64,000 nt of DNA, from NCBI GenBank assembly GCA_051362555.1, contig CM120643.1:29950848-30014847 (forward strand). Direction: 5' to 3'. Positions 1 through 13,215 of this stretch are shown in pieces (within the stretch, counting starts at the first letter, position 1; the number at the start of each line of letters is the position of its first letter). Below the pieces are notes generated by a model. The model was not told the DNA's origin, ran no database searches, and saw only the letters and a program-made list of their open reading frames with translations. A program made the position numbers and the translations under genes. This DNA is from Lingula anatina (lineage: Eukaryota; Animalia; Brachiopoda).

Positions 1-800
1 AGCTTAGATTTCCTGTAGATACCAGCTGAATGATCACACCCAACCTTGGACCCTAGCTCAGATTTCCTGTAGATACCAGCTGAATGATTACACCAAACCT
101 TGGACCCTAGCTCAGATTTCCTGTAGATACCAGCTGAATGATTACACCAAACCTTGGACCCTAGCTTAGATTTCCTGAAGATACCAGCTGAATGATTACA
201 CCCAACCTTGGACCCTAGCTTAGATTTCCTGTAGATACCAGCTGAATGATTACACCCAACCTTGGACACTAGCTTAGATTTCCTGTAGATACCAGCTGAA
301 TGATTACACCCAACCTTGGACCCTAACTCACATTTCCTGAAGATACCAGCTGAATGATTACACCCAACCTTGGACCCTAGCTTAGATTTCCTGTAGATAC
401 CAGCTGAATGATTACACCCAACCTTGGACCCTAGCTCAGATTTCCTGTAGATACCAGCTGAATGATTACACCCAACCTTGGATCCTTGCTTAGATTTCCT
501 GTAGATACCAGCTGAATGATTACACCCAACCTTGGACCCTAGCTCAGATTTCCTGTAGATACCAGCTGAATGATTACACCCAACCTTGGATCCTTGCTTA
601 GATTTCCTGTAGATACCAGCTGAATGATTACACCCAACCTTGGACCCTAGCTCAGATTTCCTGTAGATACCAGCTGAATGATTACACCCAACCTTGGATC
701 CTTGCTTAGATTTCCTGTAGATACCAGCTGAATGATTACACCCAACCTTGGACCCTAGCTTAGATTTCCTGTAGGTACCAGCTGAATGATTACACCCAAC
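1..800. repeat. 54-bp minisatellite (~15 copies, runs off window start)
   Basis: Unit agcttagatttcctgtagataccagctgaatgattacacccaaccttggaccct in tandem. Confidence 0.95.
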
Positions 801-995
801 CCCACAACTCTCCTCTGCTGTCAACCCCACAACTCTCCTCTGCTGTCAACCCCACAACTCTCCTCTGCTGTCAACCCCACAACTCTCCTATGCTGCCAAC
901 CCCACAACTCTCCTCTGCTGCCAACCCCACAACTCTCCTCTGCTGTCAACCCCACAATTCTTCTCTGCTGTCAACCCCACAACTCTCCTCTGCTG
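797..995. repeat. 25-bp minisatellite (~8 copies)
   Basis: Unit caaccccacaactctcctctgctgt; directly abuts the 54-bp array; explains ORF 786..1034. Confidence 0.9.
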
Positions 996-1132
996 CTGCT
1001 GAGTCACCATTTTAGGAGTGGTGTAGTCACATAGCACCAAACAAGCTGGTGGGCTGTTTTCCCACAGTGTCCTGTACTTAAAGCTTGTATACTATTAGAG
1101 TTCCCTTATATGAGAGGGAAACCATCACATAC

Positions 1133-4100
1133 CTTCATAGAACTTGACAATACTGGGGTGGGGGTGACCTTTCTGTGACCTCTTTGTCTTCTTGGCCTTC
1201 AGCCAAGGTTTGATGTGCTGATTGACATATGAAGCCACGCCCCTAGGATCATGCTCCTCAATGGGGTGCCAGAATCTGAAATGTACATAAAATATGGTAA
1301 TCAACTGATTGACATATGAAGCCACGCCCCTAGGATCATGTCCCCCTATGGGGTGCCAGAATCTGAAATGTGCATAAAATATGGTAATCAACTGATTGAC
1401 ATATGAAGCCACGCCCCTAGGATCATGTCCCCCTATGGGGTGCCAGAATCTGAAATGTACATAAAATATGGTAATCAACTGATTGACATATGAAGCCACG
1501 CCCCTAGGATCATGTCCCCCTATGGGGTGCCAGAATCTGAAATGTACATAAAATATGGTAATCAACTGATTGACATATGAAGCCACGCCCCTAGGATCAT
1601 GTCCCCCTATGGGGTGCCAGAATCTGAAATGTACATAAAATATGGTAATCAACTGATTGACATATGAAGCCACGCCCCTAGGATCATGTTCCCCTATGGG
1701 GTGCCAGAATCTGAAATGTACATAATATATGGTAATCAACTGATCTTTTAAACAGGCAAAAATTATCAATCTTTCAGTCACATAACTGTATTTCAAAAAT
1801 CATAAAAATTGTGAGAAAAAAAAGGTTCATTAGCTTGGTAGGGTTATACATGATAATTATCAAACACAAACTAAAACACTTTCGTATCGTTAACTTACGG
1901 CCAACCTGGATGTAGGCCTTCATCAAACTGATGTGAGTAGATGTTGTTACTCACTGACCGCTGTAAGAAACTAAAAGATTTTATAACATCCAAAATAGAA
2001 TTTCCTATAGGTTCGGTCCTGTGAATTTCTATAGAAATTTGTAATAGGATTCTATACGGAAGTGAACCAATTTCCCTGGTAGAAGGGGGCTGAACTAGCA
2101 TAAAACATGGATACTGTTCACAGTTCACACATACTTACTCAACTGGTCCACTATTCCTGTTCTTGTCAGTTTCCTTCTTTAACCACACCTTGACCTCCTC
2201 AGGTAGTTCATCCACTTGGTCCTCTCTGAAAGGTGCCCTAAGTAGATCTGTGGGTGGTGGCCTGATCTCATCACTCCATCTGACCTGGCTGTTTCATGGA
2301 AAATACACAGACCTATATTACTGAAAAGACATTTAGCAATCTGGATTAACAGACCAATATTACTGAAGAGACATTTAGCAATCTGGATTAACAGACCAAT
2401 ATTACTGAAGAGACCTTTAGCAATCTGGATTAAAAGACCAATATTACTGAAAAGACATTTAGCAATCTGGATTATCAGACCTATATTACAGAAGAGACAT
2501 TTAGCAATCTGGATTAACAGACCAATATTACTGAAGAGACATTTAGCAATCTGGATTAACAGACCTATATTACTAAAAAGACATTAAGCAATCTGGATTA
2601 AGAGACCAATATTACTGAAGAGACATTTAGCAATCTGGATTAACAGAACTATATTACTGAAAAGACATTTAGCAATCTGGATTAACAGACCTATATTACT
2701 GAAGAGACATTTAGCAATCTGGATTAACAGACATATATTACTGAAGAGACATTTAGCAATCTGGATTAACAGACCAATATTACTGAAGAGACATTAAGCA
2801 ATCTGGATTAACAGAACTATATTACTGAAAAAACATTTAGCAATCTAGATTAACAGACCTATATTACTGAAGAGACATTAAGCAATCTGGATTAACAGAC
2901 CTATATTACTGAAGAGACATTTAGCAATCTGGATTAACAGACCAATATTACTGAAGAGACATTTAGCAATCTGGATGAACATGTCTATATTACTGAAGAG
3001 ACATTTAGCAATCTGGATTAACAGACCTATATTACTGAAGAGACATTTAGCAATCTGGATTAACAGACCAATATTACTGAAGAGACATTTAGCAATCTGG
3101 ATTAACAGGTCTATATTACTGAAAAGACATTTAGCAATCTGGATTAACAGACTTATATTACTGAAGAAACATTTAGCAATCTGGATTAACAGACCTATAT
3201 TACTGAAGAGACTGTCTTGGGTAAGATGAGCAGTGACGTAAGTCTTACCTGTGTTGGGAAGGATGAGCTGTTGGTTAAGCCTTACCTGTCTTGGGTAAGA
3301 TGAGCAGTGAGGTAAGCCTAACCTGTCTTGGGTATGATGAGCAGTGAGGTAAGACTTACCTGTCTTGAGTAAGCTGAGCAGTGAGGTAAGACTTACCTGT
3401 CTTGGGTAAGATGAGCAGTGAGGTAAGCCTTACCTGTGTTGGGTAAGATGAGCAGTCAGTTAAGCCTTACCTGTCTTGGGCAAGGAGAGCTGTCAGTTAA
3501 GACATACAGGTCTTGGGTGAGATGAGCTGTCAGTTAAGCCTTACCTGTCTTGGATTAGATGAGCTGCCCGCCAATCATGTTGGCTGCTTTCATATATCAC
3601 CAGCAACCTGTGAATATCAATGCGTCTCTGAACTGCTGCCTCCAAGATGTCCTCTGGCCCATGCTTGGCTGCACTGTACTCTAAATAGAAATGTGCATCC
3701 TTTATTACATGCTTGTCTACACTGTACTCTGAATATAAATGTGCCTACTTTATCACATGCTTGTCTGCACTGTATTCTGAATAGAAATGTGCCTACTTTA
3801 TAACATGCTTGTCTGCACTGTATTCTGAATTGAAATGTTTACTTTATCACATGCTTGTCTGCACTGTACTCTGAATAGAAATGTGCCTACTTTATCACAT
3901 GCTTGTCTGCACTGTATTCTGAATTGAAATATGTTTACTTTATCACATGCTTGTCTGCACTGTTCTCTGAATAGAAATGTGCCAACTTTATCACATGCTT
4001 GTCTGCACTGTATTCTGAATAGAAATGTGTTTACTTTATCACATGCTTGTCTGCACTGTACTCTGAATAGAAATGTGCCTACTTTATCACATGCTAGTCT

Positions 4101-7100
4101 ACACTGTACTCTGAATAGAAATGTGCCTAGTTTATCACATGCTTGTCTGCACTGTACTCTGAACAGAAATGTGCCTACTTTATCACATGCTTGTCTTCAC
4201 TGTACTCTGAATATAAATGTGCCTACTTTATCACATACTTGTCTTCACTGTACTCTGAATAGAAATGTGCCTACTTTATCACATGCTTGTCTTCACTGTA
4301 CTCTGAATAGAAATGTGCCTACTTTATCACATGCTTGGCTTCACTGTACTCTGAACAGAAATGTGCCTACTTTATCACATGCTTGTCTACACTGTACTCT
4401 GAATAGAAATGTGCCTACTTTATCACATGCTTGTCTGCACTGTACTCTGAATAGAAATGAGCCTACTTTTATCACATGCTTGTCTACACTGTACTCTGAA
4501 TAGAAATGTGCCTACTTTATCACATGCTTGTCTGCACTGTACTCTGAATAGAAATGTGCCTACTTTATCACATGCTAGTCTACACTGTACTCTGAATAGA
4601 AATGTGCCTACTTTATCACATGCTTGACTGCACTGTACTCTGAACAGAAATGTGTTTACTTTATCACATGCTTTGCTTCACTGTACTCTGAATAGAAATT
4701 TGCCTACTTTATCACATGCTTGGCTTCACTGTACTGAATAGAAATGAGCCTACTTTATCACATGCTTGGCTTCACTGTACTCTGAACAGAAATGTGCCTA
4801 CTTTATCACATGCTTGTCTGCACTTTACTCTGAATAGAAATGTGCCTACTTTATCACATGCTTGTCTGCACTGTACTCTGAATAGAAATGAGCCTACTTT
4901 ATCACATGCTTGGCTTCACTGTACTGAATAGAAACGAGCCTACTTTATCACATGCTTGGCTTCACTGTACTCTGAATAGAAATGTGTTGACTTTATCACA
5001 TGCTTGGCTTTTCTGTACTCTGAATAGAAATGTGCCAACTTTATCACATGCTTGGCTTCACTGTACTCTGAATAGAAATGTGTTTAGTTTATCACATGCT
5101 TGTCTACAATGTATTCTGAATAGAAATGTGCCTACTTCATCACATACTTGTCTGCACTGTACTCTGAATAGAAATGTGCCTAATTTATCACATGCTTGGC
5201 TTCACTGTACTCTGAATAGAAATGTGCCTACTTTATCACATGCTTGTCTGCACTGTACTCTGTATAGAAATGTGCCTACTTTATCACATGCTTGTCTGCA
5301 CTGTACTCTGAATAGAAATGTGCCTACTTTATCACATGCTTGGCTTCACTGTACTCTGAACAGAAATGTGCCTACTTTATCACATGCTTGTCTGCACTGT
5401 ACTCTGAATAGAAATTTGCCTATTTTATCACATGCTTTGTTTCACTTTCCTCTGAACAGAAATGTGCCTACTTAATTATGTGTGTTCACACTGTACTCTG
5501 AACAGAAATGTGCCTACTTTATCACGTGTTCACACTATACTCTGAACAGAAATGTTCCTACTTTATCACGTGTTCACACTATACTCTGAACAGAAATGTG
5601 CCTACTTTATCACGTGTTCACACTATACTCTGAACAGAAATGTGCCTACTTTATCACGTGTTCACACTGTACTCTGAACAGAAATGTGCCTACTTTATCA
5701 CGTGTTCACACTATACTCTGAACAGAAATGTGCCTACTTTATCGCGTGTTCACACTATACTCTGAACAGAAATGTGCCTACTTTATCAAGTGTTCACACT
5801 GTACTCTGAACAGAAATGTGCCTACTTTATCACGTGTTCACACTATACTCTGAACAGAAGTAGAAATACTGTACTTACTTATGAGCTTTTGTCAATCATT
5901 CTTGTAAGTTAAAAAATAATAAGTAACATAGTTTACCTTTCAGAGCATTGGTAGTGGCAATACACAAAATATTTTAAGCAATTTTGATACAATGTTATAT
6001 AATGCTGAACAGCTTATAGTCATCACCAATTTTCAATTAAACACTGCAGTAATATAGATATCTAGAAAATGTGACAAAGGTTTTCAGTCCCAAGACAACT
6101 CAAAAGTCACACCCTGAAAATGCCAATATGCACACAAGTACTTAAATGTGCTATTTTCATTTTCAGCACTTATTATATAATAAACAATAACCAAATTAGT
6201 ATTACCTTCCTTTTTTAAATGATTAACTAATTTAACATATAACAATAACACAATGTTAAATGTCCAATTTGCTCCATCCTGAGATTCTAACAACCTGCAC
6301 TGATTTGAGTTTATTTCCATTTTTGACACTTCATTATACAATACATATAAGTATAATAACAGATTTACCATTATTTTTATAAGCAATTTACAAAATAATT
6401 AAGATGCAAAAAATGTTGAAGAACACTTTTACAAATAAAAAGATAAATACTGACACCTTATACATGCCTGAGAATTGAATAGAATCTGAGTAGGAAAACC
6501 AATTTATATATATCAAACAGCATAAATTCAACAAAAATTAACTAATCAATATCACACCTTCATATCTGTCCTGCAGGTTTCAAAGCAAAATATGACATGG
6601 TTTTCATTTTATTCATAAAACGGTGATTAAAATATGCTGAAAAAAGCGAAAAAGCAGCATACTCACTTTGAAAAAAAGGTAAGAACTGGTAGATTTTCTA
6701 ACTTGACCTGTATTTTACAAATATTCATTAGAACTGTATGTTTGAAGACAAAAGATAAAACAGTTTCCATCTTTTTGTATGACAGTGGATAAAATATGCT
6801 GAAAAGAAAAAAAAAAACAGCATACCTTTTGGAAAAATTGACTTTCAAACTTGAGCTGTATTTCATCAATATTGAACAGTTCTATAAGTTTGAACAGAAA
6901 AAGTAAAACTGTCTTTGTCTTATTTGTATAACATTGAAAGTGCAAGACGACGATAACACACACAGGTGACAGCTATATGTACATGTGTGTCTGTACATAA
7001 AAAGCTAAATCATAATTTCTTAACAAAACTACTAAAGGCAGTTTATAATACCTTCTCCTGGTTTGGTCCTCACATCCAGTATCCAGATCCAGGGTTTAGC

Positions 7101-8331
7101 ACTGGTGACACTAGCCTTCAGGTGGTCCAGGTGCTGTTGCCATGACTCTTCCTGATAGGGGGCAGCACTGCCACTGGTAGACTCACTACAGCACATGTAG
7201 ACCACAGGGTGAGTCACATCACTGATGACCACCTCAGCTATCTGCCTCTACAAGAATTGGAGGAAGTGTGGTGAAAGCAAGTCCTGTTTATAACAATCTT
7301 AGTGTTTATCTTGACTCTATCTATGGACAGAAATCTTTCACATATCCCAGTCATGCATGGTATGTAAATTACATAAATAAAGCTTCTTTAAGACATCATT
7401 TGAGTAAATCATGCAGTACAATTATTATAAATTATTCCACACAGTTATTTGAACAGTACAAAAAAAAACCTGGAATTTCAGAGTTAGAATGTTTTATCAT
7501 GTGCAAAGTTTGGTGGATATTTTGAGTTAAATTGCAAGTGAGTAATACTGCTGATCCTTGGGTGTTCTTATTCTCTGTCCACATTCACAACAAGTTGATC
7601 CTAGGACTAACAGATCCATGGATCACATATGGATGACCCAGTTAATAGGGTGACTGCCTGACGATATAACTGTCTCCTCACGTGCCATACCTGCTGGGGC
7701 TAGGCAACTAACCAGTTAAAAGGGTAAGCACCTAATGATCTCCCTGTCTCCTCACGCGTCATACCTGCTGGGGCCTAGCAACTAACCAGTTAAAAGGAGC
7801 ACCTAATGATCTCCCTGTCTCCTCACGTGCCATACCTGCAGGGGCCTAGCAACTAACCAGTTAAAAGGGTGGCTGCCTGATGATCTCCCTGTCTCCTTAT
7901 GCGCCGTCCCTGCTGGGGCCTAGCAACTAACCAGTTAAAAGGATACGTAGGCACCTAATGATCTCCCTGTCTCCTCACGTGCCGTACCTACAGGGGCCTA
8001 GCAACTAACCTCGGAGCCGAGATTTAATCTGTGTAGTGGTGTGTAGAGGCAGTGAGATCAACAAGGGATTAAGGTCTCCTTTGAATGGGGGTTGGCCATA
8101 TTGAGTCTGATAATGGGGGTTGGCCATATTGAGTCTGATAATGGGGGTTGGCCATATCGAGTCTGATAATGGGGGTTGGCCATATTGAGTCTGATCAGTA
8201 AGACTGCGGATCATCTGTTCTTAATGTGCTATGTTTTGCTGTCTTACCAAGGCATGATATCCCAGAGTGGACTCACAATCACTGCAGGTCTTCATGGCAG
8301 GGGCTGTAGCTGACAGTCCAGCCAACACCAT
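1133..8331 (-). CDS. Unidentified multi-exon protein-coding gene (partial, 3' end unresolved)
   Basis: Open exons with GT/AG ends: 8331-8248 (MVLAGLSATAPAMKTCSDCESTLGYHAL), 7247-7052 (RQIAEVVISDV...VRTKPGE), 3607-3545 (LLVIYESSQHDWRAAHLIQD), 2288-2139 (QVRWSDEIRPPPTDLL...NSGPV), 1275-1133 (FWHPIEEHDPRG...KFYE). Phases match for 8248>7247 and 3545>2288>1275; small linking exons at ~6707-6667 and ~6004-5937 would restore phase between 7052 and 3607. No family recognised. Confidence 0.55.
1220..1744 (-). repeat. 87-bp tandem array containing 6 copies of the splice acceptor and exon start of the minus-strand gene
   Basis: tttcag|attctggcaccc at 1275, 1362, 1449, 1536, 1623, 1710; 29-aa period in ORF 1125..1796. 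Confidence 0.9.
2307..3211. repeat. 42-bp minisatellite (~21 copies), intronic
   Basis: Unit acagaccaatattactgaagagacatttagcaatctggatta. Confidence 0.95.
3212..3565 (-). repeat. 37-bp degenerate array reiterating an exon end and splice donor
   Basis: Unit ctgtcttgggtaagatgagcagtgaggtaagccttac; minus strand reads caagacag|gtaag; the copy at 3545 is the putative real donor. Confidence 0.8.
3660..5860. repeat. 48-bp minisatellite switching to a 44-bp variant after ~5480
   Basis: Unit catgcttgtctgcactgtactctgaatagaaatgtgcctactttatca; source of the HACLHCTLNRNVPTLS ORFs. Confidence 0.95.
7640..8010. repeat. ~60-bp degenerate tandem repeat (5-6 copies)
   Basis: Recurring gcaactaaccagttaaaagg...tgatctccctgtctcctcacgtgccatacctg. 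Confidence 0.8.
8084..8195. repeat. 28-bp tandem repeat (4 copies)
   Basis: Unit aatgggggttggccatattgagtctgat. Confidence 0.85.
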
Positions 8332-8626
8332 CTTCTACAGGGGTTGACGACAAAAGCTGTTCACTTTGCTGCTAACAAAGAAAAATGTCTTCTCCTATGT
8401 GTGTTCAATTATATCTATAGAGTAAGATATAAATCCCTGGTCCAGATCAGACACTGTTCACGTTGCTGTATACAGAAAAAAAAGTTAATCCTAAAAAAAA
8501 AAAGATAAAAACATATGGTTCAGCAAATTAGATCAATTTATGAATAGAGAAAATCAATTTCAGCATTTTTCTAGAGCATATTCCAATACAATTAAGCTAG
8601 TCTATATATATATATATATATATATA

Positions 8627-10288
8627 CAGCATTGGTCAAAAAGGTTGTCCCACCCCCATTTCCATGTACTTTTATTTTACAAATGATCACCCCACAGCTG
8701 TGAACTGTTAGAAATAGTGCTTTTTATCACGGATACCGTGTCTAACATGATTAATGGTTAAAAAATACAAAATAGTGGTGAAAATATACATATTTTATAC
8801 CATTTAGTAAAATTTATAAGAGGTACCCCCTCAAATCGACTGTTTCACTGTTACTTCTACAGATGTAAAGAAATATCTATAAAATTGAAAAGGTGCCATC
8901 AAATGTCACCAAATTCACAAACAATTAGCATTAGGGTGTGCTCGTTAAAGATCACGTGCCTAACAGCGTGTGCGTCTACCGCGTACTGCAATTATCTCCT
9001 GTAGACGGCGCGACAAGCCTTCAACATGGGTAACAATTCTGTTATGTGGGATATTGTCCCATTCATCCTAAAGAGCGTGGCGGAGTTGGTCAAGATTATT
9101 TAGGAATTGGTTCTCCTCTGCAATGCACATTCCAATTTATGCCACAGGTGCTCAATAGGATTAATATCAGGACTCAAAGACGGTTGTCCCATCCTCAGAG
9201 CCCTGTGTTTCTGCAACAAATCGTTTGCCAGACGAGAGCTGTGAGCAAGTGCGTCGTCACAATGAAGCCAGTAGTATCCCTGAAGTCACCTCTTGCAAAT
9301 GGAGTGAGATTTCTGTTGAGAATGTTACATCAAAATGCCCCTGTTACGTTTTGTTCCAAAAGGAACAATGTACTAATACCATGGGCTTGGAATGTTCTCC
9401 AAATGCGGATTGATCTAACACCTCAGGCGATATTATCCTGCACACACCCTTCCAAGAGGCATTTTTTAACATGTCTATGGACCCTCTTTGACCATCGATG
9501 GGATACAAGAAATAATTTGATTCTGCATCAAAATCAACTTCCTTCCAGTGATGGATGGCCAGGTTCAGGTGCCTGTGGGATCACTGAACGTAGCATTCTC
9601 AGCTGATATCTCATTCCATCTTCAAGAACTGACTTTAGGGTTAACTTCAGGCTTTATCATGACTGCACACTTGCTCACACCTCTCGCCTGGCAACTGTTT
9701 GTTGAAGAAACATAATGGTCTAAGGTTGGAACCACCATCTTTGAGCCCTGATATCAAACTTACTAATCAACTGTGACATGTATTGGAGTGTGCAATACAA
9801 AGGAGAACCAACCCCATAAAAACTTGGACCAACTCCCCCAACTTGTTTAAGAAGAATGGGACAATATCCCACAAAACAGAATTGTAACCCGTGTTGAAGG
9901 CTTGTCGCGCCGTCTACAGGAAATAATTGCAGTACGCGGTAGACGCACACGCTGTTAGGCACGTGATCTTTAATGAGCACACCCTAATGCTAATTGTGTG
10001 TAAATTTGGTGACATTTGATGGCGTCTTTTTAATTTTATAGTCATTTCTTTACATCTTTAGAAGTCACAGTGAAACAGTCGATTTGAGGGGGTACCTCTT
10101 ATAAATTTTACTAAATGGTATAAAATATGTATATTTTCACCACTATTTTGTATTTTTTAAACCATTAATCATGTTAGACACGGTATACGTAATAAAAAAC
10201 ACTATTTCTAACAATTAACAGCTGTTAGGTGATCATTTGTAAATAAAAGTACATGGAAATGGGGGTGGGACAACCTTTTTGACCAATG

Positions 10289-10291
<3 letters not shown>
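8627..10291. mobile_element. Non-autonomous Tc1/mariner fold-back element with ~700-bp inverted arms carrying decayed transposase 3' ends
   Basis: TA|cagcattggtcaaaaaggttgtcccaccccc ... gggggtgggacaacctttttgaccaatgctg|TA, inserted in (TA)n. Left arm minus strand translates SPDINPIEHLW...EWDNIP...RRLQEIIAVRG (Tc1 SPDLNPIE motif, with stops); right arm has the same on the plus strand. Confidence 0.9.

Positions 10292-10370
<79 letters not shown>
10292..10370. repeat. (TA)n microsatellite
   Basis: Dinucleotide run; a shorter run at 8603-8626 on the other side of the Tc1 element. Confidence 0.95.
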
Positions 10371-10373
<3 letters not shown>

Positions 10374-11410
10374 TTTTCTGCTGATAGTGTAGCAATCACA
10401 TTTCGCATTCCATAATGCAAGTTTCTGGTAAAACATAATTAATGTATGTATAAAATACCTTATACCCCAGTATATATTAAGGAGGCACTAAAGAACAAGG
10501 GGAAAGGCCCAGTAATTTTCATCAAAAAATATAATTAATTATAGTTGGTGAATTTTTCTTGGGAAAACAACATTTTTCTCAGGCTAGTCAACCTATGGTC
10601 TTTCTTTCCTGTGCTTGCCATAACTATAGTAGCAGTAAGGTTACAATCAGTAAGGTTTCAATCTGCAAAAATTAAGATGTCCTAAACCCACACTAAAAAC
10701 CATATCATATGGTTTTCCAATTCCATCGCCCCATCAAGTTCAATTACCACACCAACTTTCAGATTCTATACAATGTATGTACCAGGCAGCTGTTGTTTCT
10801 ACTTTGATATGTAGGTCCACAGGTAAAGTTCTACTCCTCTAAACAGTGTGTTGTTGCCGTCCCCTTTGCTAATGTCAAGCTCCTAAGGACATTGTTTAAA
10901 GAGTAAAAATCAAAAGAGGCTATTATTAGCTTCTAACTCATGTAAATCATAATGGTGAAAACTAAAGCTAACCACAATTGTATTTCAATGGGCTGGATTA
11001 AACGTGATTAAAACTAATAAAAAGACCACAGGTAATTACAAAAGCATTTTATTTCAACAGCTTTGACATAGATGAACAAGACAATGTAAAAAACTGGTTG
11101 AAAAGTGAAAATTACAGAAAGTTACAGGGTGGGGGGTATACTACAAAAATACTGAATATTTATGTTGTAGCACGAAATTCATCCATGCCTTAGCACTCCT
11201 TTCTTGACATTATTATATGTATGGACGCTGTGGTCAGGATTGTTAACGTGCATGAATTCCTTGCTAGTTATAAATGTTGATAACATGCAGTCTTCTAGTA
11301 ATGATTTAAAGCACTGTGCATCAAGCTGCACTAAAGAAATCAAAGTGTTCCTACCTTAGACAAAGACAAAGGGTGGTGAATAATTTGTACTTCCTCGGCC
11401 TAGAGGTTCG

Positions 11411-11861
11411 CCCGGTGTGATTGAAATGCGCAATACACTGCAATACAGCGCAACACAGCGCAATACACTTGATAACACAGGTCCAGTTGCAAGTAAACAC
11501 AGGAAAGGGTAATCTCAAATAAAATAGGGTGACATAAAAGCAAAATATAGTACATAGTAATAAATATTGCTGATACAACTTGACAATTTTTTCATTGTTT
11601 GGTCAGCCGCCATGTTGGCGAGTAGCTCTTCTTGGCCAGTAATATATCCAAGAAGAGCCACTCGCCAACATGGCTGCCAACCGGACGATATAAAAGTCTT
11701 GCTGATTTGTTTAGTTATATCAACGATATTACTTACCTATCACCCTACTTTGCTGGGAATGGTCATTTATTTTGTGTAATTGCAACTGGATTTAATTTTT
11801 GAAGTATATTGCGCTGTGTTGCGCTGTGTTGCGGTGTATTGCGCAATTCAGTCACACCGGG
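11411..11861. mobile_element. Palindromic MITE (~450 bp)
   Basis: TIR cccggtgtgattgaaatgcgcaatacac / gtgtattgcgcaattcagtcacaccggg; internal hairpin gccatgttggcgagtagctcttcttgg/ccaagaagagccactcgccaacatggc; TTCG on both flanks. Confidence 0.8.
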
Positions 11862-12709
11862 TTCGGGTCACAGTTCGACTTGCTGCTTGCTGCATATATT
11901 TCCTGATCCAAACCGGTATTTTTGACAAGACGAAGAAAATGGTGATCTTATGCAATGTTATGTAAAAAAATTAATTCATTTATCTTTTTAAAAGACCGGA
12001 CCATTCTTTAATGATCCACTCCGTTAAAAAAAACAATAGAAGTTGAACAAAGGGGATTTTTATGTTCGGGATGTTGACCTAATTAGTATGTACTATGTGA
12101 CCTGATTTCACCGTGGACTAGAAAGGTGTGACCCAGTAATATAAACAGGTGTGATAGGTAAGTTGTCTTTTCATTCATCTTAAAATATAGCTTACATATG
12201 TTGAGCTTTTTCAAATATCCTTTCTGAACAGGGTTGCCAACAGCTCATCGCGAAGTGAATTGGTGTTAATTAAGTAAAATGTTTCGTATCAAAAAAACCC
12301 CAGTATATACATTATACAATCGTGTATTTATAATCAGAGTGGTGCTACGTCGACACTAGCTGTAACTGTCACCCTTGTTTTAACCAGGGAATAATATCGT
12401 ATATATATATATAGCTTTATTCATACTTTCTGCATCAGACTGAGCTTGTGAAAGTGTTCACGTTGCTGTAAATGAATTATATTCGTTGCTGTATGATGAT
12501 GATGATGATATATAGCTTTATTCATACTTTCTGCATCAGACTGAGCTTGTGAAAGTGTACAATGTACAGAGATAATTTGAGTAATAGCAACAATTAATGC
12601 ATTATAGTAATACTAGCTGTATATACATATATGTATGTATGGCCTACCTTGCAGGGAACTTTACCAGCTTTGACGGAAATTAAACTGTGCTTGCACATTT
12701 AAAATGTAT

Positions 12710-12748
<39 letters not shown>

Positions 12749-13052
12749 AATGCTTGAAAATCAACACACCGATGTCAACTAGTAGAGTATGAATAAACCA
12801 GTACGTTTTTTTTTTTTTTTTCAGCCATATCTCAAAAAGCCTTTCAAGTTTTTGTGACACCATGCATGCATGCATGTATATATACTGTATATCCGTCAGG
12901 TTTCAGATGTCAGTTTAAAAATATTTAAATTATTTCAGCCATAGAAACTTCAAATTTGTCAAATAAAAAAGAATAGTAAAGGAACTGTTATATACAGTAT
13001 ATAAGCATGAAAGATGCAGCTAAGATTTTTATTGTAGGATTTTCCCAAGCTA

Positions 13053-13215
13053 GTTAATTAACTGATGTACATGTGAAGTAGAATGTTAATTAACTGATGT
13101 ACATGTGAAGTAGAATGTTAATTAACTGATGTACATGTGAAGTAGAATGTTAATTAACTGATGTACATGTGAAGTAGAATGTTAATTAACTGATGTACAT
13201 GTGAAGTAGAATTAA
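13053..13215. repeat. 32-bp tandem repeat (5 copies)
   Basis: Unit gttaattaactgatgtacatgtgaagtagaat. Confidence 0.9.

Noticed and set aside
1897-1960. Extra exon RSVSNNIYSHQFDEGLHPGWP of the minus-strand gene
   Set aside because: Good donor, but its best acceptor is phase 0 while the upstream exon ends in phase 2; left out of the model as unresolved
3513-5475. Cys/His-rich repeat ORFs (HACLHCTLNRNVPTLS)
   Set aside because: Translations of a 48-bp minisatellite with frameshifts, antisense within an intron
9046-9606. 186-aa plus-strand ORF in the Tc1 element
   Set aside because: Antisense to the decayed transposase remnant; no transposase motifs in this frame
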